A stretch of DNA of 63,425 bases from an uncultured Gemmatimonadota bacterium. GTDB lineage: Bacteria > Blakebacterota > Blakebacteria > Blakebacterales > Blakebacteraceae. The stretch lies in the NCBI GenBank assembly GCA_964576115.1, contig CAZNUA010000020.1:1-63425 (forward strand). The letters are read 5' to 3'. Every line of letters starts with the position of its first letter. Position 1 is the first letter of the stretch. Made by a program: the position numbers and the translations under genes. Under the pieces are notes generated by a model. The model did not search any database, had not been told where the DNA came from, and worked only from the letters and a program-made list of their open reading frames with translations. Below are positions 55,882-63,425 of the stretch, piece by piece.

Positions 55882-58605
55882 CTATTCCTCACTCAGGATC
55901 CGGGCCGGTTCGAGTCGCCACAGCCGGCGGGCCGGCAGAAATCCGGCCGCCAGTAACGTCACCAGAACCGTCAGGGGCACGAAGGTCAGGGTCAGGGGAT
56001 CGGTCCCCGGCACTCCGAAGAGATAGCTCTTGAGCAGGCTGCTCCCGGCTACTGCGGCGAGCAGACCGGCCACCAGGCCGATCGCTCCGACCGTCAGGGT
56101 CCGACTCACGACCAGCCGCCGGAGGATCCCTGAATCGGCTCCCAGGGCCATGCGGATGGCCAGTTCGCGAGCCCGCTGAGCGACGGCCCGGGCCACCACG
56201 CCGAAGATTCCCACCGCGGTCAAAATGATCGCCACCAGGCCGAAACAGACCACCATCAGGGCCCGGTAGCGCTGGTCGGTGGCCGTTTCTGCAACGACCC
56301 GGTCCATAATCCGGGCTTCGGCCAGCAGAACCTCCGGAAAGGCACTGCGGGCGGCCGCTTCGAGCTGCGGGATGAGTTCGGCCGGGTCCCCGTTGACGCG
56401 GGCCGTGAGAACCAGCCGAATTCCGTTGAGCCCGGGATTCTGCAGGTAGGGGCGGTAGATGGGGGAGCGGGGTTCGGAATCGAGGCCACCGTAGCGCACG
56501 TCTTCCACCACCCCGACCACGGTGTGCCATTCGGGGACCCGATCGAAACGCAGACGCTGGCCCACCGCCGGGCGGTCGGGCCACAGATCCTCGGCTGTTG
56601 AGCGGGAGACGATCACGACCGGTTCGGCTCCGGGTGCGTCGTCGGGTGTGAAGTACCGGCCGGCCACCAGGGGAATCTCCATGACCTCGTGGTAGTCGGG
56701 CAGAACGATGTCGTAACTCAGGATGGGCAGCTGACTGTTTTCCGGACCTGTGTTCGTCTCGATTTCCACCTCATCGCTCCACAGGCTCATGAGCAGGGGC
56801 ATCGACCAGCTTGCCGTGGCCGCCTGCACCCCGGGCACGGCCTCGATCCGATCGATCATGTCGAGGTAGGCCGCTTCCCGTATCTCGGTATTCAGGCCGC
56901 GGACATCAATGGCGCCTCGCAGAGCGACGAGGTTGTCGGGTTCAAAGCCCATGCTTTCAGATGTCAGGTTCAGGAGCGTCCGGGTGAAGAGCCCCCCGGT
57001 CACGAGCAGAACGACCGTCAGGGCCACTTCGAGTCCGATGACCAGGTTGATCCGCCTCTGCCCGCCCTCGATCAGGCGCTGACCGTGCGTGTGCAGGCCG
57101 GAACGGCCGCGCCGGCGGATGAGTGTCAGAGCGGGCAGCAGGCCGAACCCGATCCCGGCCGAGATCCCCGCCGCGCTCGAGAAGCCCAGCACGGCCAGGT
57201 TCACCCGCACGTTCTCGATGGCCGAGGTGGCCGGGGCGAAGGCCGTCAGGACGCGCGTCGCCCCGAAGGCCAGGATGATACCGACCAGACTGCCGAACAA
57301 CCCGAGGAGCACACTCTCAGTCAGCAGTTGGCGCACGATCCGTGACGTGCCGGCGCCGATGGCGGCCCGGGTGGCGATTTCGGCCCGCCGTCCTTCCGCT
57401 TCGCCCAGGATCAGGGTGGCGACGTTGCCGCAGGCGATCAGCAGCAGGAAGAGGGAGGGTACAGCCAGCAGCAGGAGCCGGGCGGGCAGGCCGGCCACTT
57501 CGAGTTGATCGCGCCGCGCCAGGTGCACCCGGAACTCATCAACGGGCGTATCGCCCCGCACCAGCGCCTCGATCTCGGCCCAGGCCGCTTCCAGACTCAC
57601 CCCCCGCTTGAGCCGGGCCAGGGCCTCGAAACTCCAGCCCGAAGTTGCGGTGTACCAGTTGGAACCGTAGTTGTGCCCGGTCGGGACCCATGCCGGGCGC
57701 TCACCGGTGTCCCGGGGCGAGAGCAGGCCCTGCGTATTCTCGAAGAGATCGGTTGTGAACCTGAATTCGGGGGGCACCACCCCGATGATGGTATAGGGGC
57801 GGTTTTCGATGAGAACCGTGGTGCCGAGCACATTCGGATCGGCCCCGAACCGCTCCCGCCAGAGAGCATCTCCAAGAACCACCACCCGGGTTAATTCAGG
57901 CCCCACCTCCTCGGGCGCAAACCAGCGTCCGAGCTGCGGCTGGATGCCGGCCACGTCAGCCAGCTCGGCCGTGCCCTCCCCGATCATGAAGTTCATCGGA
58001 TCGCCCCGGCCCTGGATCGAACTCCCCGCATAGAAGTAGAGGGCGATGTTCTCCAGACTCGAAGCATGCTTCTTGAGTTCCTGGTACTCGGGGTGGTAGA
58101 GCGACTCGGTCACCCACTCGCCGCGATCGTTCAGGCGTTCGGTCCAGATCGAAACAAGCCGGTCGGCTTCGGGGTAGGGAATGCTGCGCAGCAGGACCGC
58201 GTCGATGATGCTGTAGATGGTTGTGGTGGCGCCGATGCCCAGACCCAGGGTAGCCACGGCGACGAGAGTGAAGAGGGGTTTGCGCCGCAGGGTCCGGAGG
58301 CCGAAGCGGAGGTCGTGGCGGCATGTCTCCGCGAATGAGGCGCGCCCGTGATCGGCCCGGGCAGCCATTGTGAGGAAGAGTTCGGGATCGGGGTGGCGCT
58401 TGATGCGCGGCCAGCGCACGATGAACCCGACGAGCTGGCGCCAGTACCAGCGCCGGGCCTGATACGCACCCGATCGCTCTATCCGGTCGCGGAACATCTC
58501 TTCGAGTTCCGGCCCGCAGGCCTCCATCTTCTTGTGCCGGAGCACGAGGTTCAAAAGAGTGCGGGGGATGCGTGGCGGCCGGATGTTCCGGGTCTGATGT
58601 GTCAT
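55882..58605 (-). CDS. ADOP-family duplicated ABC permease
   Basis: TLGLGIGATTTIYS, LIACGNVA, RELAIRMALGA, LPARR; ATGA coupling to padR. Confidence 0.93.
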   Translation of the reverse strand: MTHQTRNIRPPRIPRTLLNLVLRHKKMEACGPELEEMFRDRIERSGAYQARRWYWRQLVGFIVRWPRIKRHPDPELFLTMAARADHGRASFAETCRHDLRFGLRTLRRKPLFTLVAVATLGLGIGATTTIYSIIDAVLLRSIPYPEADRLVSIWTERLNDRGEWVTESLYHPEYQELKKHASSLENIALYFYAGSSIQGRGDPMNFMIGEGTAELADVAGIQPQLGRWFAPEEVGPELTRVVVLGDALWRERFGADPNVLGTTVLIENRPYTIIGVVPPEFRFTTDLFENTQGLLSPRDTGERPAWVPTGHNYGSNWYTATSGWSFEALARLKRGVSLEAAWAEIEALVRGDTPVDEFRVHLARRDQLEVAGLPARLLLLAVPSLFLLLIACGNVATLILGEAEGRRAEIATRAAIGAGTSRIVRQLLTESVLLGLFGSLVGIILAFGATRVLTAFAPATSAIENVRVNLAVLGFSSAAGISAGIGFGLLPALTLIRRRGRSGLHTHGQRLIEGGQRRINLVIGLEVALTVVLLVTGGLFTRTLLNLTSESMGFEPDNLVALRGAIDVRGLNTEIREAAYLDMIDRIEAVPGVQAATASWSMPLLMSLWSDEVEIETNTGPENSQLPILSYDIVLPDYHEVMEIPLVAGRYFTPDDAPGAEPVVIVSRSTAEDLWPDRPAVGQRLRFDRVPEWHTVVGVVEDVRYGGLDSEPRSPIYRPYLQNPGLNGIRLVLTARVNGDPAELIPQLEAAARSAFPEVLLAEARIMDRVVAETATDQRYRALMVVCFGLVAIILTAVGIFGVVARAVAQRARELAIRMALGADSGILRRLVVSRTLTVGAIGLVAGLLAAVAGSSLLKSYLFGVPGTDPLTLTFVPLTVLVTLLAAGFLPARRLWRLEPARILSEE

Positions 58606-58955
58606 GACCGCGTCCCCTCCAGCGCCTGTTCGAGCTGGGATTCCACCCCGTCCCAGAGGTTGAGATACTGCCGGCGGGACTCGGCCAGGGCCTCGAGGGC
58701 CGGCGGGGTGAGCCTGAAGTAACGCCGGGCGTGACCGCCCTCTTTACCCGGTTCCGCGATCCGGTCTCTGAGAAAGCCCTTCTCCGTGAGGCGCTGCAGG
58801 GCCACGAAAACGGCCGCAGTGGCTACCTCTTTGCCGGTGCGCGATTCCAGTTCGAGCACGATCTCCATGCTGTAGGATTCCGAACCGTGGCGCAGGATGC
58901 AGAGCAGCACCTGATGTTCGAATTCTCCCAGGGTTCGTTTCTTCGCTCTGGCCAT
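58602..58955 (-). CDS. PadR family transcriptional regulator
   Basis: LGEFEHQVLLCIL, ALQRLTEKG, GGHARRYFRLT. Confidence 0.93.
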   Translation of the reverse strand: MARAKKRTLGEFEHQVLLCILRHGSESYSMEIVLELESRTGKEVATAAVFVALQRLTEKGFLRDRIAEPGKEGGHARRYFRLTPPALEALAESRRQYLNLWDGVESQLEQALEGTRS

Positions 58956-58982
58956 GATCGTCTCCCCGTCCTGGCGACACTT

Positions 58983-59001
58983 TGTATAGCAACGTTATAC
59001 A
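58983..59001. promoter_or_regulatory. Palindromic candidate PadR operator
   Basis: TGTATA-GCAACGT-TATACA upstream of padR. Confidence 0.55.
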
Positions 59002-59020
59002 TTAGACGGGGCAAGAACGG

Positions 59021-59135
59021 GATTGGTTGCAGGCAAAGTGATCCGGTTGCAGGAAAAGTAACCCGGTTGTAAGAAAAGTGACCCGGTTGCAGGCAATCTG
59101 ATGCGGCTAGAGAAAATGTGACGCGGATGCAGGTG
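59021..59135. repeat. Degenerate 20-bp tandem repeat, about 6 copies
   Basis: GGTTGCAGG-like cores at 59025, 59045, 59065, 59085, 59105, 59125. Confidence 0.8.
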
Positions 59136-59186
59136 ATTGATATACTGCAACCACTATCAGATCCGCCCACGTTCAGGAGTGTATCG

Positions 59187-60416
59187 ATGCGGATAATGAG
59201 CTTTATCTGCGCTGTCGCTCTGCTGACAGCCTGCGCTCGATCCCCGAGCAGTTCCTCCCACACCTTCCGCGTTTTCACCGAAGACGGAGTCACGATAGCA
59301 CAGACAAGCGGCGGGCCGAAATACGAGGGGGAGCTCTTCACCTACACTCATGTTGCGACGATTCAGCAAGATCCATCGAGACCGGAGAGCCTGCTCCACC
59401 GTCCCGATCCCCACATCGCCATGGATGCTGAAGGCCTGATCTATATCGCCGATACCGGCAACCACCGGATCGCCGTCTTCGACGCGTCGGGCCGTTACCT
59501 CAGGAGCTTCGGCCACCAGGGTGCCGGCCCGGGGGAATTTCGCCGCATGCGGATACTTACTCTCACAGGGGACAGACTCGTTGTCTGGGATGATGCCCTG
59601 CAGCGAACGACCGTATTCACCACAACCGGGGAACTGGTCACCATCTATTCCCACTCCCTGTCCCCCCATGACCGGATCAGCGAGCTTCACTGCCTGAATG
59701 AAGAGACGCTGATTGGCCTGAACCCGCTGCACGGGGATGGCTCGACGAGAGCCTTGGCAGGAATACGGGGTACAATCCTCACCCCGGGCGGCGATACCCT
59801 GGCTGTTATCGAAACCCCGCTCGTGGAATCATCTCAACAGATCTACTCGAGGGAAACCGGCCTCAGGGTCGGAATGTCTATCAATTTTGCCGGTCGGGCC
59901 TGCCTGCTTCCCGTTCCGGCTCGGGGTATCTACATCACGACAGGGATCGAACCGGAGGTTCTCGTCCATGATATTGACGGTTCGCTCCGCCGGATCATCC
60001 GCCTCGATCGGCCCGCCGAACCCGTCACGTCCCGGGACAAACGCTACATCAGGAAACTGATCCGACGGCGCCGGGATGAGACCGAGTCCGAAGCGGGCCG
60101 GGCCCGCGATACAGCCTGGCTCAAGAACCTGCGCCTGCCGACGCACAAGGCCTTCTGGAGCGATATCCGGACCGATGATTGCGGCTACCTCTGGCTGCTC
60201 TATCCAACCCGGGCTCTCACTCTGGAGGATACGGGTCTCGTCTTCCGGGTCATCAGTCCCGCGGGCGAGTACCTCGGGGATACGAAATGGCCGATTCCAG
60301 ACGGTTCTCTTGGCCGCGGGCATCTTTTAACGATCAGGGGGAATGAAGAAACGGGTGAAACGATCCGTGAGGTCTACCGGATCGACTCGAACCAGCAGGG
60401 GTTCGTATATCCGTAG
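59187..60416 (+). CDS. 6-bladed beta-propeller lipoprotein
   Basis: LTAC lipobox; HTFRVFTEDGV..TSGGPKY; IYIADTGNHRI; FGHQGAGPGEF; AGGAG RBS. Confidence 0.85.
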   Translation: MRIMSFICAVALLTACARSPSSSSHTFRVFTEDGVTIAQTSGGPKYEGELFTYTHVATIQQDPSRPESLLHRPDPHIAMDAEGLIYIADTGNHRIAVFDASGRYLRSFGHQGAGPGEFRRMRILTLTGDRLVVWDDALQRTTVFTTTGELVTIYSHSLSPHDRISELHCLNEETLIGLNPLHGDGSTRALAGIRGTILTPGGDTLAVIETPLVESSQQIYSRETGLRVGMSINFAGRACLLPVPARGIYITTGIEPEVLVHDIDGSLRRIIRLDRPAEPVTSRDKRYIRKLIRRRRDETESEAGRARDTAWLKNLRLPTHKAFWSDIRTDDCGYLWLLYPTRALTLEDTGLVFRVISPAGEYLGDTKWPIPDGSLGRGHLLTIRGNEETGETIREVYRIDSNQQGFVYP

Positions 60417-60420
60417 TACG

Positions 60421-61683
60421 TCAGGGCCCGATCGGGTACTCCAGCCCCTCTACAGTTGGTCGTGTGTCATATACGACATACCGATATCCACCGGTTTCCT
60501 CATCGATGTTGCGCCAGAGATAGTGCCCGCGTGAAATACTGCAGATGTGGCCCGGCCAGGTGACCGACCCGAGGTACTCTCCTTCGGGGCTGAAGACCAT
60601 GTATGACCAGAGACCTCGCTCCTCCTCCGGCAGCAGCCAGTTCGTGTGGTAACGGAGCCAGTGAAAGCCTTGATCGTCAACGAGCACACTCTCCCACAGA
60701 CCTTTCTGATCCGGGATGACAGTGTATTGCCAGCTTTCCTCCAAATGATCCTTTGTATCTCCCTCCGCATTCAGAATGCGATCCCGGTAGAATTCCTGGA
60801 TCGCGTTCCTCTCCTCAGTGGAAACCGGGATGGGGTTGAGTCCCAGCCGGTGAACCCGTTTCAGGGTTCCGTCAAAATCATACCAGCGCACCATCGGTTC
60901 CCGGGGATCGGCCATGAGGATACCCCGACCAACATGGATCTGAACACTGGGTGAGCCCGTGAACATCGTTCTCTCATTGATGACTCCCCCTCTTTTCGAG
61001 GGATACGCCGGGAGGGGCAATTCATCAGTCGAGAACGACCGCAGACTGTCACCATCAGCGGAATACAGTACTGCCACCGAACAGAATGTCTGTTCCCGAG
61101 TGCTGTAATTGTGATCTTCATGGAGCAGGTGCACGATCCGACCATCCGGCAGGGGGATGATTGCATTCAGATATCTCATGATCGGGGCCAGGCGCATCCG
61201 GTTGCTCGTACCAGCTCGTGTGAATGATTCGATGTACTGCCCCTCCGTTGTGAAGATCGAAGCGCGGTACTGAAGAGGATCGTAAAGGCCAATGAGACCG
61301 TCCTTCATCCAGCTGGCTCTGATAAAGGAGAATTCCCCCGGGCCTGATCCCTGCCGGCCGAAATCTCTGAGATACGTGCCGTCTCGAGCGAAGACGGCTA
61401 CCCGGCCATCGCCGCTGTCGAAAGCGTAGATCAACCCCTCTTCATCCATCATGAAGGTTGTGGCTCGGTTCAACAGCATTTCGGGGCGCGACTCATCCTG
61501 TTCGAGATCGAAGATTTCCACAAACTCGAAGATCGGTTCGGTGTATTTCGGACCGCCCGAGGATTCTGAGATCGTCACGCCGTTTTCAGTGAAGACCCTG
61601 AAGGAATGGGATGCGACACCCTTCTCAGTCCCGGAACAGGCGACGAAGAAAAGGGTCAGCAGGGGCAGGATGGACCGTTGCAT
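60421..61683 (-). CDS. 6-bladed beta-propeller lipoprotein
   Basis: FVAC lipobox; HSFRVFTENGV..SSGGPKY; FGRQGSGPGEF; SPEGEYLG. Confidence 0.85.
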   Translation of the reverse strand: MQRSILPLLTLFFVACSGTEKGVASHSFRVFTENGVTISESSGGPKYTEPIFEFVEIFDLEQDESRPEMLLNRATTFMMDEEGLIYAFDSGDGRVAVFARDGTYLRDFGRQGSGPGEFSFIRASWMKDGLIGLYDPLQYRASIFTTEGQYIESFTRAGTSNRMRLAPIMRYLNAIIPLPDGRIVHLLHEDHNYSTREQTFCSVAVLYSADGDSLRSFSTDELPLPAYPSKRGGVINERTMFTGSPSVQIHVGRGILMADPREPMVRWYDFDGTLKRVHRLGLNPIPVSTEERNAIQEFYRDRILNAEGDTKDHLEESWQYTVIPDQKGLWESVLVDDQGFHWLRYHTNWLLPEEERGLWSYMVFSPEGEYLGSVTWPGHICSISRGHYLWRNIDEETGGYRYVVYDTRPTVEGLEYPIGP

Positions 61684-61842
61684 AATGCATGCCTCCTGAT
61701 AAGCGAGCCGAGGGGGAAAGCATGATGTTACCAGACAGACGGCCGTCTTTCGAATCCGTTCGTCACAGGTGCCGGATCGAGAGGATTCATCACTGATCCG
61801 CCCGTTCCATGATCGGCAGCGATCGCAACCCCCTCCCGTGTG

Positions 61843-63009
61843 CTATTGCACCTGTGCCTGTACCAGCCATGTCGCCAGAAACGGGTCTATCAAACGGTAT
61901 CTCAGGTGACCGCGATCTCCCTCGGAACGAATGAGGTGTACAGCCACAAGGGCCTGCAACGCTACCTGCATACTGGCGACCGGCAATCCCAGAGAACCGA
62001 CCACTTTCCGTGACAGTAAACCTTCGCCTTTGTGTTCGATAACCGCCTTGAGTGCCTTTTGTTGATTCCGGGTCAGCTGGGTCCAGATCTGGGTGTATGC
62101 CGGATCTTCTTTGGCCACGATCCCCGCTACCGCTGACTGAACAACCCGGGCTGATAGTTCATCGGTCTCACCGGATCGCAGCATCTCCCATATCTCGGCC
62201 GCGAGGCGCTGGACGTTGTAAGGTACCTCCTCAGCGACATCCATGATTTCCGTGATTCCGTCCTGATCAACATCCCATCCGGACTCCGTGAATGCTGTCC
62301 GTAGAAAGGCTGTGAATGCATCACGGGGAACCGGCCCCAGAAATAATCGTGAACCCAGATGGTAAAAGGGGCGGCCGGGATCGGTGGTCATTGCTGTCAA
62401 CAGGCGCGTTGCTGAACCAGCGAATATGTAACTGACATGACGGTGTCGCTGAATGGTCGCCCGCAGTTGCTTCTCTGCGGGAAGTCCGTGATCAACCACA
62501 ATCGACTGAACCTCGTCAAGCATGAGAACCACGGGCCGGTCCATTTTCTGCGCCAGTGATTCAACCGTATCGAGGGCTTCGGTCAAGATCGGTAATTCTT
62601 CCTTCTCCGAAGTATCGATCGTAACCGACAGATTCCCCTGTGCATCGAGTGAGACTTTCGGACGCAGGTGAAGCGCGGCCTCACTCAGAGAGTTGAAAAC
62701 CCTCTCCAGTGGTCCCTTCATGGTACGGGTTACTGAACCCAGGATTGCCTGGGCGAGCAGGGGCAGCGATTCATACTTCTCGACATCGAAACGGAGAACG
62801 GTTACGCCCTCTCTTTCCGCTTCGACAGCACAGGCGTGCAGAAGAGATGTCTTGCCAAACCTGCGCGGGCCGATCAGAAACAACCTGCCGCGGTTTCTGA
62901 TCACTGCTTCCAGTTCTGCAAGTTCTTCTTCGCGATCGACCAGTTCGTCACGAGCCAGTTCGCGTCCATACTCGAAAGGATTGCGACCGGTCTTGTTCAT
63001 CGAGTTCAT
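61843..63009 (-). CDS. AAA+ ATPase (archaeal-ATPase-like) with C-terminal winged helix
   Basis: NPF.YG, VDREEEL, GPRRFGKTS Walker A, LMLDEVQ Walker B, IFAGS, DPFLATW. Confidence 0.88.
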   Translation of the reverse strand: MNSMNKTGRNPFEYGRELARDELVDREEELAELEAVIRNRGRLFLIGPRRFGKTSLLHACAVEAEREGVTVLRFDVEKYESLPLLAQAILGSVTRTMKGPLERVFNSLSEAALHLRPKVSLDAQGNLSVTIDTSEKEELPILTEALDTVESLAQKMDRPVVLMLDEVQSIVVDHGLPAEKQLRATIQRHRHVSYIFAGSATRLLTAMTTDPGRPFYHLGSRLFLGPVPRDAFTAFLRTAFTESGWDVDQDGITEIMDVAEEVPYNVQRLAAEIWEMLRSGETDELSARVVQSAVAGIVAKEDPAYTQIWTQLTRNQQKALKAVIEHKGEGLLSRKVVGSLGLPVASMQVALQALVAVHLIRSEGDRGHLRYRLIDPFLATWLVQAQVQ

Positions 63010-63195
63010 GGATGAGTTCCTCCGATACGGGATCGGGAGTCGATGTACGATATAATGTGTGTATCGTTATGTAAATAACATTATGTATATTATGTAATGA
63101 TAAAACCATAACAATACTTCCCAGCCATCACATTTTCTCAGTCACGCAGAATGGGCCCGTACCAAAGTCCCACAATGGTGTCAGATGCCCATTTC

Positions 63196-63425
63196 TCAGA
63201 TCGTCGCCCCGATCCGTTCCAGGGCACGCATATAGGAAGGCCGGGCTTCGCGCACCCGGGCATCACCCTCATCCAGGTCGGCCGGCGAAAGCCAGGCGAT
63301 ACCGCCGGCGATCTGTTCGATTGAACCGTACCGTTCTGTCCAGCGGATGATGGCGTCGATGAGAGCGCCGGGGTTGTGCTGAGGGATGGAGGGAGGAACG
63401 AGCAGGATACCGGGAAAGGAAATCT
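63196..63425 (-). CDS. 3' end of a gene cut by the window edge, possibly PIN-like (DUF5615)
   Basis: Open frame ISFPGILLVPPSIPQHNPGALIDAIIRW...IGATI-stop, read manually; family guess is weak. Confidence 0.45.
   Translation of the reverse strand, partial: ISFPGILLVPPSIPQHNPGALIDAIIRWTERYGSIEQIAGGIAWLSPADLDEGDARVREARPSYMRALERIGATI

Noticed and set aside
59021-59135. Possible degenerate CRISPR
   Set aside because: 20-bp period is too short for repeat plus spacer

Overview
GC-rich bacterial chromosomal window with no phage, transposase or CRISPR-Cas. The gene content (PadR plus ADOP orphan permeases, many 6-bladed beta-propeller proteins) is of the kind seen in Acidobacteriota/Gemmatimonadota-like lineages; taxonomy cannot be fixed from this alone. 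Left to right: tRNA-Ser(CGA); PadR/ADOP permease units around a serine hydrolase; two beta-propeller genes; a HEAT-repeat plus HD-GYP pair converging on an orphan PilB/GspE ATPase with duplicated MshEN-like motifs; an RHH-MNT/HEPN toxin-antitoxin pair; an M1 aminopeptidase; a glycogen cluster (glgA, GH57, glgB, malQ, glgP); RidA; a Hint-domain lipoprotein; decayed outer-membrane genes; an alpha/beta hydrolase, another PadR/ADOP unit, two more propellers and an AAA ATPase. The standout is a ~14 kb locus (40.9-54.8 kb). It centres on a 166-aa ORF of ten tandem 15-aa units (EELQEKEAPRRAP[M/V/I/L]G) with a near-consensus sigma-54 promoter and candidate enhancer repeats. Around it lie a GAF-AAA sigma-54 activator, two STAS proteins, two Kelch lipoproteins, TolC, two PqqD/RRE-M50 membrane metalloprotease-like proteins (one fused to an RsbW-like kinase domain, one to a HlyD domain) and two further membrane-fusion proteins, with no ABC ATPase or RiPP-modifying enzyme. 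I infer a multicore-peptide export/processing/signalling system. All protein calls come from motif recognition by eye, not database searches.
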